Positions 52,601-63,270 of a stretch of 64,000 nucleotides of DNA are shown here, piece by piece; position 1 is the first letter of the stretch, and every line of letters starts with the position of its first letter. The notes beneath the pieces were generated by a model. The model did not search any database and had not been told where the DNA came from. It saw nothing but the letters and a program-made list of their open reading frames with translations. The DNA comes from Eukaryota sp. GEM-RC1 (taxonomy: Eukaryota). The stretch spans positions 186,001 through 250,000 of the forward strand of contig JAUFOQ010000005.1 in NCBI GenBank assembly GCA_040285855.1, read 5' to 3'. The translations under genes were made by a program, and so were the position numbers.

Positions 52601-53286
52601 GTTGTTCGATAGAATTGAATGATCCTAATAGAAGAAAGGAGCTTCTGAGTCTACTCAGTAAATATAAACAGGTGTTCTCTGAAGAGATACATCCAGATGG
52701 TATCGATTGTCCACCGATGACCATTCCCTTTTACGATGAATCTGTGACAGTATTTCGTCCTCCTAGAAGGCTTAACCCTGAAAAACAGCGTATAGCCGAA
52801 GAAATTTTTAACGAACTTATACGACAAGGATGGGATGTACCATCGACTGGCAAGTTCAGTCGTCCCATTGTGTTCGTTGTTTATAACGACCACAAAAAGA
52901 AGCCTCGTTTGACTGGTGACTTCAGTGGACCAGACGGGATTAACGCTAATACAGTGATGCGAAAAAATTAATTTAATTATAATTAATTGAATTAATTCCC
53001 TGAGAATTAATTAATTTTAGTCGCTTAGAATTATAATTAATTAATTGTTTCACCTTAGAATTAAAATTAATTAACGCTAATTAGGAGAATTAATTATATA
53101 ATTTCTTGTCAGCCACACTATGTCATCTTCCCCAATATTCAGCAAGAAGGCATTGTTCACTTTTACATGTGTCGGACCATGATCAACCAGTGCATATGAA
53201 AACCTTACAAATACATAGTTTGATAGTGTACAAGTGGCAACATTCAAACTTGGACTGCTAAAGATCAGCGAACGCGCGATATCGTC
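49603..53286 (+). repeat. Array unit 5 (partial; ends inside its MITE, which spans 52952-53286)
   Basis: Identity to the other units stops after GCGATATCGTC at 53286. Confidence 0.9.
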
Positions 53287-53602
53287 TGGAGATTATGAAG
53301 AACACATCGTGGTCAAGATCTTGGACAGGTTCAATACACCCGATGGTGAGTATTGTACGGTCCTCTGGTTTGGTGGTGATACTTCATCAGTTCCCACCAA
53401 AGACATCAAGAACACCAAGGCCTACAGTGAATTTGTAAAATTAGAAAATGTAGATTTATTTCATAGTAATAGTAGAATCAAGACTAGTAACAAGAAGTCT
53501 AAGCTTAAACGTACCTCAAGCAGTAAGAGTAATCCTAAGTCACCCAGCGTTAAGACACCTGTGGCTAAGAGAACAAGGAGCTCGAATGATGAGAAGAGGT
53601 AA
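53285..53602 (+). pseudogene. Chromodomain-like integrase C-terminus with basic tail
   Basis: SGDYEEHIVVKILDRFNTPDGEYCTVLWFGGDTSSVP fits the V..IL....Y.V.W chromo pattern. Lys/Ser-rich tail; stop codon abuts the LTR. Confidence 0.65.
53591..53599 (+). promoter_or_regulatory. Polypurine tract (PPT)
   Basis: GAGAAGAGG, then TAA, then TG of the LTR. Confidence 0.6.
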
Positions 53603-53939
53603 TGTTAGCCAAAGGTATTAGTATGGTTACGTAGTCAGTTATTTCACTTTATAAACACCTTTTACCTTCCCCTATTCTTTCCCCATACCTTCCGGTATCA
53701 TAGGCAAGTAAAAATTGAAAGTTACTAGGAAAGTATGTTTGTGATTTCTTATGATCCGTCTGATCTTTTCCCAACTTCACTTCTGTCTTCCTTATGTTTA
53801 ATTGAAAGAAAATTAAGTGATAGAACCGTTTCTGAGTCAATTGATTAGGAATCTGGATATACACATTTTCACCTCAGTCCACCCTCATAAAAATACTCAG
53901 GCGCTACTCCCGGACTTCAGCTGTTTCAGAACCGTGACA
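53603..53939 (+). repeat. 3-prime LTR-like segment (337 bp)
   Basis: TGTTAG...AACCGTGACA directly after the PPT. Termini resemble those of 23244-23578, but the interior does not match. Confidence 0.6.
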
Positions 53940-54251
53940 TTGCTCATTTACTAGACAAATGTACTGATGACCTATTGTATTACCAACAAATACCTTAGAT
54001 CATAGTTCGAAATGCGTACGGCACGTTCGGTAACGTACTCCATACGCGCACGTGTGGAGTACGTGCGGCTTCGTTTTACCGTATTCCAACGTATTCTTCT
54101 TTTTGATATTTTTTTCTGTTAACCAGCACCTATTTTATATTATACCATACTATTGATGAAACAAATACTACAACTCTTCATTCAGGTAGGGATTTACAAC
54201 AATACCGTATTCTGTTTCATCTTCAACAATATCATGGTCCTTATCTTGAGG

Positions 54252-55242
54252 CAGGGACTACGGAAAAATATTTGTATTTAAATATTTCAAATAAATAATG
54301 ATATTTTATTTATTTTTTCAAGTTGGGTTTCTCCAGTATTTATTTTATGAAAACAGAAAATATAAAATTATTTATATAATTTTTGGTCCTCTCCCTGATT
54401 CGTATGCCTCCCAAAGAGATCGCCCTCTACTACTTTCGGAAAAGGAATCCCCAGGCAGACGAAGTTCCTGATGGTAAAGTCGGCTACAAACGTAGATTCT
54501 GTCCGGAACGTGACACAACAAGCTCTTCTTCGAAGACTTCTCACTACCTACGAAAGTTTTGAAAATGTTACAAAGCATCTTCAAACAGCTGACTTCAATT
54601 TGCTCCAAATCTAATGATGCTTTTGAAGTGTTTCATGGGCATTTTCCGCAATGTACTGCGTATACTGCTGGAAGTGCCAATATTCTTAACTCGATGACAT
54701 TTGAAACTGCTATCGTCAAAGTTTTGAAGGGACATGAAGTGGAATTAACTACAGCTGAGAAGAATACACTTGTTAAATTTGAAAAAGCGCCTTCTGATAT
54801 CGTACTGGAGTCAGTAGATATCCAATCTGATTTAAACAATTCTGCTCTTCGAAGGCAAAATGCGTCGCGTTATATAGACCTTTCATGCATCCCGGGTACT
54901 TCCAATGACTGTGAAAGACTGTTTTCAGCTGTACGGCAAACAATTTGTGAACATCGTTTTGGTTTGACTGCTGGCTCATTAGAAAGGCAACTTTTCCTAC
55001 ACTATAACCGTTCTTTCTGGAACACTAAAACTTTGGGGAAAGTTATAAGAACCAAAAAGTCAGCAGAAGTAGTCGTTATATTGTAGGAATACATTTGTCA
55101 AGTGTCATAGTATTTTTGTCTTAACGGTATAAATAATTTAAATAATTGCAATTATTTATTTTCTTCATCTACAATAACTCATATTTATTTATTCAAGAGA
55201 AAGTTTGCCATATTTTATTTAAATATTTTTCCGTGGGCCCTG
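54252..55242 (+). mobile_element. Inner hAT element (991 bp) nested in the outer one
   Basis: 22-bp TIR CAGGG(A/C)C(T/C)ACGGAAAAATATTT; perfect 8-bp TSD TCTTGAGG (54244-54251 and 55243-55250). Confidence 0.92.
54559..55086 (+). pseudogene. hAT transposase C-terminal fragment (dimerisation region)
   Basis: FETAIVKV..YIDLSCIPGTSNDCERLFSAVRQTICEHRFGL..LERQLFLHYNRSFW; N-terminal and catalytic regions are absent. Confidence 0.8.
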
Positions 55243-55793
55243 TCTTGAGGTTCAGCAATAAACTGATCAATTACCCAGGGGATCACAAGATTTTTTTCAG
55301 CGATTTTAATAATCCGGTGTTTTTGTCTTTGATTGGCGTAAAGAAATGCCAAATCATGCAGGAGTGAAGCTTTCGTCCTATTGCCTTTCTTGGTTTTAAT
55401 GATGGAGTGCACAATCCAATTTCACTCGACAGCTGATTCACTTACAATTTTGATTGATACTGAACGAAGAATACCATCTCGTGAGACATTTTTTCAGACA
55501 AAGATTTGGGTGAACATTTCTCCATGTCTTGCCATGATGGTTGTTTTTTGAAAAAGCTACGTTTGTTCTCTTAATCATGAAACTCATTTAAAGCATCAGT
55601 GTAATGGACCATATGATAAAAAAAAATACAACACGTGTTTATGTAAGAATACGGTATTCTCGCACGTGTTCTGCCGTACTCAAACGCGCACGTGCGGAAT
55701 ACGTGCGGCAACTGAATAACACGTTGGCATTTCGAACTATGCCTTAGATACAGTGATCATCGTTCACAAGCATTTTACACTGTTTAGTGGGCA

Positions 55794-55834
55794 CCTGGAT
55801 ATAGTGCGTACCACAATAGCCCACTATATCCAGG
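55794..55834. repeat. 13-bp perfect inverted repeat, probable MITE remnant
   Basis: CCTGGATATAGTG ... CACTATATCCAGG with a 15-nt spacer. Confidence 0.6.
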
Positions 55835-56433
55835 GTAAACTGTAGTATTTATTTTTTAAAGGCTATTGAATGGTCATCGGATGGAGTAGAAGAGATTCAT
55901 TTTAACAATTGTATGTATACGAAGATATTTGACGTAACGAAAGGATGAGCTCCTTCTATATATTCTGTACAAAACTATGAAAACGATTATGAGTCGAAGA
56001 AGATCTCATCTATACGTGATATCACAACTGGGATTTCTACGCAAGTAAGTTCCTTCAAATGACACGTAGAAGTAAGTTAGTTTCGTTCATTTTCTCTCTC
56101 TCTATATATCATTCAATTCAGACCTAACTCTACCTACTACTTTTATTTATTGATGTGCCTTCCTACAACTTGCTTCTAGAACGAGTTAGACTGACCAGTT
56201 CAGGACATAATCTTAGAATTCCTGAATATCTGCATGTACCACTTTTTGATCTTTTGGTTTGAAAAACTTGACTACATCCTTATGTAAGCTGCACAGACCA
56301 TAATACATAATATTGTTGGTGGTATTGAATGTAGCAATCGCAAATGATGATTTTGCTGATGATTAGTGAAGAATTTCTTCGTTTATGATCATTAAATCAA
56401 ATAATAACATCAGAAAGTCAAAAGAAAAACAAT

Positions 56434-58988
56434 CTACAGTAAATGCATTTTTACAAAACCATCTCCATCATTACTTCCACTAGTATTTACTGGATTTAAT
56501 CCTGAATTGAAAGATCCAGCTCCATACGAGGGGTATGTATTGTTCCACTGACAATTAGGGACTACACTACCCCCAGTATACCCCCCGCCTCCACCTCCTT
56601 CACACAAAGCACCTCCTCCACCACCAAATCCTCCGTGAGCTGTAATAGAATAACTAGTATCACTTTGACCACCCATTCCTCCATTAAGAAAGGACTTACC
56701 TCCAGTACTATTACCATCAGTTCTATTCTGACCATCAAGAGCGAATCCACCTCCACCACTACCTCTTCCTCCTTTGCCAACACCTTCAGTGAAATCTACT
56801 CTACCATTAGGTCCGTTTGTAGTCCATCGGGACTTATTCTGCCCATTACCACCTCCTGCAACTATTAAAGGAGAAGAATCCAAAACAACAAAGGAACCAC
56901 CTCCACCTCCTCCGGCGGCATTACCATCGCCTTGAGCATCACACCCGACCTGACCAACCAATATTTTAATAATTTGACCAGATTTCAATTCAAACTCACC
57001 AATCATTACTGCTCCTTTTCCAGGTTTAGTTGAAGTGTTATAACCATTATTACCACCTCTAGCTCCAGCACATTCAATTCTATACATTCCAGTTAAAGGT
57101 ACAGTCCAATGTTGAATCCCATCAATAACATTAAAATTTTGAATATTTTTAAAATATTCATGATTATAAGCACCAATACAGTCCTCAAGACAAGGCCCAC
57201 TTCTACCTGTTTTTCCTGCATTAGTAAAGGTAAATGGGAAACGAAGTGAAGACATGACAAACTCCTTATATTGAGAGTTAGTTAGTGATAATTGAGAATT
57301 ACTTTGTTTTAAAGTGGCAACATTCTTTTCCAAATTTTTAACAAGACCTTCACACTTAGCCTGTTGAAATTTCAAAACAATTAAAGCATTATCAGCGAAA
57401 TATTTTTGGAAGAATTGGCACAGTTTTGAATCATTTTTTAAGTCTGAAAATATTTCAAAAATAGCAACAGGATCTGTCACTTTCAAATCAAAACCATTCA
57501 CACATTCATGAAATACGTCAACATCCCAATCAAAATTTCTCCAAGAATCAACAAGACTTTTAGCCAAAAAGTTGAATAATCAGCTGTAACTGATGGAGCA
57601 AGAAGTTTGAAAGCTAAAGGTGATGGAGAAAATCCTTGAAAACAATGTAGAAACTCAAAAGGAACAACTTTCATAAAATTAACAACAAAATATTCAAGAT
57701 CAGATTTAGCTCTATCAGCAGCTTGAAAAGTCCATAAAAACCAATGCGGAGGAATTTTCTCCAATTGTTTAATATTTGAAAAATTATCAACTGACCATTG
57801 TAATAAAACAGACTCAAAAGATTGTTCATCAAATAAAGGTTGAATTAAAGTGTACAGATTGTTGTAATCAAATTGATGAATGTCAATCAACTTTAAAATA
57901 GAATTTAACTCTTCACTGGTTAATTCTCGATTTTTAAAAGTTTCTAAAAGACATTGAATAAGCCACCAATTATCAACAATAGGAAACATCCTTTGAAGTA
58001 TTTCAACAGACAATGGTAATGAATCAAGTTTCAGGGGTTGGGAAAGATTTTTAAAGATATTTAAAATTTCTTCAACAAATCCAACTTGATGACGAACATT
58101 TGCTAAATTCAAAAGTGACAATAATTCCAAATCAGTAAAAGTATTTGTTAATAAAAACGTCTTACAAGTTTCCAAAAGCCCTGGAACTTGAAAATAAAAG
58201 GATAATTGATAAAAACTTAAAACATTAGAAATATCAAGCTTAATTGAATCTGAGTAGAACAAATTAAAAAATTGTCCAAAAATTTCTTCTTCTACTCCTT
58301 TAAATTCTGATTCATAATTGATTTTTCGATCATTTGAATCAATAAAACTAGTAGAGAATTGGTTCAGAAAAGTTGCTGACGTGGCAACTAAAATTAGGGT
58401 ATTTGTTTGAATGTGTACTTCCTTGTAAGTAATTGACACATCACTAGGGGCAAACTTTCTAAAATTAGAAACAATCACGTCGTGATTTAATTGGAAAGTA
58501 AACGTTTCCTTCAGGTTCAATTCAGAAGCAATAAGAAGAGCAAGAAAATCAGAAAGGTTAGTGTATTTCAAGTAAGTAGCCAGAACACCCGTTGCATAGA
58601 GATCGTGAAAAGTGAACTTCAGAGGGAGACCATAGAAAGAGTCCAAGACTTTAAAGAAAAGGGAGGAATCGGGAAGCAAATAGAAAAGGGAAACGAGATC
58701 ATCTACTTTCAAGCAAGAAAACAGTTTGGTTTTGAGCAGTTCACTGAAGAGAGAAACAACGGCAGAATGACACGGAAACTCGTCATCGTAAAGGGCAATG
58801 GATGAGTCAATGAGAACACCTTCTTTACGAAGATTACAAAGCTTTGCAGTGATAGTAGAAGAAGGGAAGGCGAAGGCTTGGGTAGGAGAAGATTCAGTCC
58901 CCATAACAACTTGATTCAGGATGGAATGAATTTGATCTCTCTCACTGAGACGTAGTCCGAAAGACTTCTTTTGTTGTAGAAAAGACAT
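56434..58988 (-). CDS. Tandem BTB/POZ protein fused to a coiled coil and an ALK/LTK-like glycine-rich domain (one frameshift at ~57560)
   Basis: BTB1 LIDSSI..FPCHSAVVSLFS..DSFYG; BTB2 SDVSI..ILVATSATF..NLFYS..FYQLSFYFQV. C-terminus FTFTNAG.TG..GP, GIQHWTVPLTGMYRIECAGARGG, GKGA, ILVGQ.G, GGGGGSFV, PLIVAGGG. One extra A in the AAAA run joins the two ORFs (FWLKSLVDSW). The start may instead be the ATG at 58904. Confidence 0.8.
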
Positions 58989-59053
58989 CCTCCTTTGGCT
59001 TCTCCTTGGCTCCTAGGAAGAACAATCAAATCTGAGTTGGTATCGAAATAAAT

Positions 59054-59549
59054 TAGAGATGGGAGCCAGCGAGCCGAGCCAGCCGACTGGTCCACGATAG
59101 AGATATTTCCAGTTGTAAGAAGACTGGCTAAAAATTTTGGCCGGCTCAAGCCGAATTTGTTACTGCTTCGAAAACAGAGCAATCCAAAATGATCATTTAC
59201 AGCTCTTATCAGAACAGTTTAGGGCTACTTACCTTTATCAACGTTCGGGCAATAATTTTTCTGGTGAATTTAATTCATATATACTGTTTTTCTTGGCTGG
59301 CAGTGATAAAACATTCAGTGTCTCAAGTGTATTGTCGTCGTGTCAATTTAAGTTTACATCTGTTACATACTTCGTACTATTACTTCATACTTCAATTTAC
59401 AGCGGATGTGACTGTGTTCTCCCAAAGCGAAGAACCTGGAGAAGTACCTCAGAGCTCTTCATCAACGATTTAGTTTCCTTAGAAGTAATTAAGATTCTTC
59501 TCAAAGGTACTGATGTTTTCTTACAGTAGCCAGCCAGCCAACTCCATAA
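59054..59549. mobile_element. Possible hAT-like MITE; right end lost at the Gypsy insertion
   Basis: Starts TAGAGATGGG; AGCC-motif clusters at 59064-59084 and 59528-59540; no TSD demonstrable. Confidence 0.3.
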
Positions 59550-60289
59550 TGTTACGATTGTTTTACAGATAAGTCTAGTAATATTCAACTAAAAGCGTCA
59601 GGTTTATACGTGGTAAGCACAACATAAATTAACATGATATCAATGCTGTGAAACAGTTTCAATGTACAGATCAATGGTGTCAGTATTAATTCGGTCTGAT
59701 ACTCAGATTAGTTGTCAATAACACTGTTTCTGTATCATATTATCGATACATTAATCAACAAGCCAATAACACATTTAAACAGTTAGCCTAAACACTCGAA
59801 ACAAATTTCGATGAGGCGCTCACTAAGTGCGAGTGCGAGTGCGAGTGCGAACTTGGGAACTTAGTCTATGAAATAAACCGTTTAATACATTGTTTTACTT
59901 AACTAAAAGCGCGTTTATTGGTGAAATGAAGAATTGTGTGTGGATTAGAAACAAGTTCTCAATAAGTTCAATGTAGACGTATGACTCAAGAGTAAGAACC
60001 TAAGAATCTAAGGAGTTTCCTATACAGTGGTTACGAACAAGGAAAGAAGGCGATTCTGAAGAAAAAGAACTCATACAACAGGATTTCTACACAGGTAAGC
60101 AGCAGATAAGAGCAGGAACAAATCTGGAACAAACGTAAACTGACCTCTTTTAGTCATGAATGAGTCTCTCCTGACTCCATGTTTTATCTTTTGGGTTTTA
60201 GAAATTGTCATTTGATTTGCTAATGCCTGGTAGACTCACTGTGTTCGCACATCAAGTGTTAACACGTGTTCTGGTAGTGAACTATAACA
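59550..60289 (+). repeat. Candidate 5-prime LTR of the second Gypsy element
   Basis: TGTTA...TAACA termini ending ~110 bp before the gag ATG. No partner LTR in the window to confirm it. Confidence 0.35.
59826..59850. repeat. (AGTGCG)4 microsatellite
   Basis: Four perfect hexamer copies. Confidence 0.85.
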
Positions 60290-60398
60290 TTTATTTCCCT
60301 AGATTATTTTCTCCCCTTATAAAGGTACCATCCCTTTATTTTCAAGCCTAACCGGCATCAATAGCTATTGGCCGAATCACTAGGCCTCACTAACCCTA

Positions 60399-62453
60399 AT
60401 GTGTACGTCCTCTCATCATACTTCACTTCCAGCAAACTCCCTCCTCGCTGAACAAGTGCGCTTCCTAGCCCCGAAGCTCTCCTCTTTATCTATGAATGCC
60501 GTCGCCCGCTATATACAAGAAGTATCTCATTTCTTGCAGGCCTTCGAGCCTTCTGCCTTCCAGAACCTCCATCTTGCCGAACCAAGAAAGAGAGATCCTA
60601 CCGCTACAACCGCTACAACCCCTCAGTCTGTCGCCGAACGCCTCGCTGAGGTCGAAATCATGATACATGCCGCTCTTCGAGAAGTTCGCCCTGAAGGCTT
60701 CGACCCGAAGACCGTCGCCGCCTACTGGTCCGCCGCTAAAGAAGCCACTATCTCCGCAAATCCCTTCGAGCCTACTTCTAGTAACCCTTCCTCCTTTTAC
60801 TCTTCCTCTACTTCTGTACCTGCCTTCCTCGACGACGATTCCCAGAGGATGAAGTCCAAATGCAGCCGCTCAACTCCCAACACATCTCAGCCCTTTTCCT
60901 CCCCTCACCGATTTGATGACTTGGATGGCCCCTCTTTCTTTGATAACACCCCCTTTACCTGAAGGATTCCATCGCTTTATACCAGCCGATGTACTTTCAC
61001 TTATCCGCGGCATGTTTCCCCAGTCTTGCAACAGCCAAGAATCCTTTGGAGATACTTGCTGAAGCAAGTAGAAGCAAAAGCTGCATCTGAAGTCCGCCTG
61101 TTGTTACGCTCCCTGTCCATGTCTGCCGCAGGTCATGAAGCACTAACCCGTTATCTCCAAGAATTTCAGAAAGTTGCCAGTAGATGTAGTAGATTTATCG
61201 ATTCTAACCGCCCAAAACCCTTACTTGAAAGCTTCATCCACGGACTAAAACCTCACGCCCTGAAGAATAAGGTGCTCGATGAATTCAAATTAAATCTCAT
61301 CCAAGACCTAGAGACATTGATTTCAAGAACACTAGATATCAACAACACCCTTGTAACCGACGAGCCACGGAACAAACAACAAAATTTCCAAAGAAAACCC
61401 AACTACACGAATTCAAGACCCACCAACTTTAGACCCTCCAACTTCAGAAGCCCCAACGCCAACCTCCGAAATAAAGTTTCCTCTATCGAAAAGAAGAACT
61501 GTTCTTTCTGCAAGAAAGACGGACACTTGATTGAAGACTGTTTCGACAAAACGTGCAAGAAGTCCAAGCACTACGACCCGTCAGCTCCCCAAACAAAGAA
61601 ACCTTATACAAATCCCAGGCTCCCAAAACCAACCTTCGGCAACGCAAAGAGAACCACCAGAAGCTCAAAAAACAATTTCGTTACTTCCAGAGAGCAATGC
61701 TCTGAAAGTCCCCACTCCCTTATTCTTTCAGACGACGAACCGATTGAGTTCGATCTAGAACTCCCAAAATTGCTGTCAAATACATTTCTTTTGACCAACC
61801 CAAGAAAGCCAATGCCCAAAGCCTCTGCCGAAACGATAGATGATCCACTCCCAGTGAGTGTTTCGCAGGAATTAAGCTCTTCCGTTAAGGAATTGAGCCC
61901 AATAACAGGATCGGGTTTCGACCCTTTTCTACCTGTACGAGATACGCCACAACGGGATGTTGACTCCAACGTTAACGCAGTTGTCAATAAATCGAATCAA
62001 GGACCCTCCAAACTCTTATCTCTTAAAGTTCTTGTAAACAACACTCCTTTTGAAGCACTAATCGACAGTGCTTGCGAAACCTCTTGCTTCTCAGAAGATA
62101 TCGCTAAGAAAGCCGGATGCCAAATTGTCGCTAGTAGATTTAAATGTACACTAGCCAATGGAACCAACATCCAATCCAATGGAACTGCCAACTGTATCCT
62201 AAGCTTCGAATTCGACCGAATACTCTCTCCGCTAGTGCATATGAAATGCCAGATCCCTATTATACTAGGGAGAAAACCAATTCCTAATTGGATGCGACTT
62301 ATTGTCAAGCCTCGGTCTACTAAAAGAAAATTCACTGATGATCAATCTGAACAAAGAACACTCCAAGATCACAGGAGCCGAAGCTACTCTGGACCACCTA
62401 ATGGTCGACCCCCCCCAGGAAAGGCCTCGTCGCTTCAACGTGCGCAACATTAG
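60399..62453 (+). pseudogene. gag: Second Gypsy element: frameshifted gag plus protease, truncated before RT
   Basis: FIHGLKP, zinc knuckle CSFCKKDGHLIEDC, protease ALIDSACETSC. After a frameshift, LIGCDLLSSLGLLKENSLMINLNKEH aligns with LIGRDLQEELGLLTDDGLVIRLDKEH of the array element. Confidence 0.85.
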
Positions 62454-62883
62454 ACGTGTCAGATATCAAGATTATACTAAAGTACTGAAGTTAAAGCATT
62501 TTACAGACATTTATCATTACTCTAAAGTTGCTCATGGGGCAACCTGGTTCATTACAAGATTTCAACTTAAGACTTGGTCACCATCATTTGCTGATTTTTT
62601 CAGAACTACTTTTTTCAAAAAAAAATTCCAAAAAAAGTTAGAAAAGAGGAACCAAAACAAACAATATCTCTGAAAAGATAACATACTGTACATGTATAAT
62701 TAGAAGGATTGATTTTGTCCAGTTGAAGAATTTTGTTTCAACTCTTGACTAGTCCAATCAAAGCGTTAGAAGATTTATTCTCAACAGTGACATCAATATG
62801 TAGAGAGTTTTTCAGTTCATATATATAAAAATTTGTAGTCTAACTGAAGTTTAAGTATTTGCTATACTTTTCTTAATCTTACT

Positions 62884-63270
62884 TTATCTTTCGTAAAAGT
62901 TTATCGATGAAGGGCACAAAAATACATAACATAATAAAAGCCACGAAACACTAGACACAGAAAATTCCTGGTCAACAGTACCACAGTTCTTATACAACTT
63001 TATGAAAATTGAACTAAAAAACTTAAGCACCGAACGGAACAAAGAAAAAATGAAACGGTTATGCCAAATTGAAAAGCTAAATCTCTTATTCTGGGACTTG
63101 CACATTGATCCCAAATCAGTTAAAAACTTAGAAGGCAATTCACCAATACTTTCGATAATACAAATATCTAATACATAAAGAAATTTTGATTGAGCTTAGC
63201 ACCATCACTGGAATATATATATATTACCTTTTTCGGCTGCTTTTAGGTGGTTAAAACCTTTTGAAGTTGC
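62884..63270 (-). pseudogene. Second RLE-type non-LTR retrotransposon-like 3-prime fragment
   Basis: FLTDLGSMCKSQNKRFSFSIWHNRFIFSLFRSV aligns with FLNLFEYLCSEFGKKFNRSYWKSKFAFSIFRSM (6015-6281); upstream degenerate NHLKAAEK. Confidence 0.45.

Larger units (their letters stand above)
23244..53939 (+). mobile_element. Tandem array (4.6 units of ~6586 bp) of an inactivated Ty3/Gypsy LTR retrotransposon with a chromodomain-like 3-prime end
   Basis: ORFs recur at 23604, 30179, 36764, 43350 and 49937. Domain order Gag-PR-RT-RH-IN; GPF motif; chromodomain-like tail, PPT and LTR at the right end. Confidence 0.95.
54001..55741 (-). mobile_element. Outer hAT element (internally deleted)
   Basis: 15-bp perfect TIR CATAGTTCGAAATGC; perfect 8-bp TSD CCTTAGAT. 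Minus-strand remnant VSESAVE*NWIVHSIIKTKKGNR..LHDLAFLYAN continues in frame to TAG at 54168 once the inner element is removed. Confidence 0.92.

Noticed and set aside
23909..52893. Recurrent antisense ORFs in the array (114, 116, 74, 78, 62 and 80 aa)
   Set aside because: Shadows of the gag-pol frame that recur only because the unit is repeated; no motifs.
53234..53602. 122-aa ORF as a stand-alone gene
   Set aside because: Its first 17 codons are MITE sequence fused by chance to the integrase tail.
23860..55430. RIP-like or methylation-driven C-to-T hypermutation of transposons
   Set aside because: Some lesions fit (inferred CAG-to-TAG, CGA-to-TGA, GAT-to-AAT) but others do not (inferred AAG-to-TAG, YIDD-to-YTDD), and the array units are nearly identical. 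It cannot be tested without an intact consensus.
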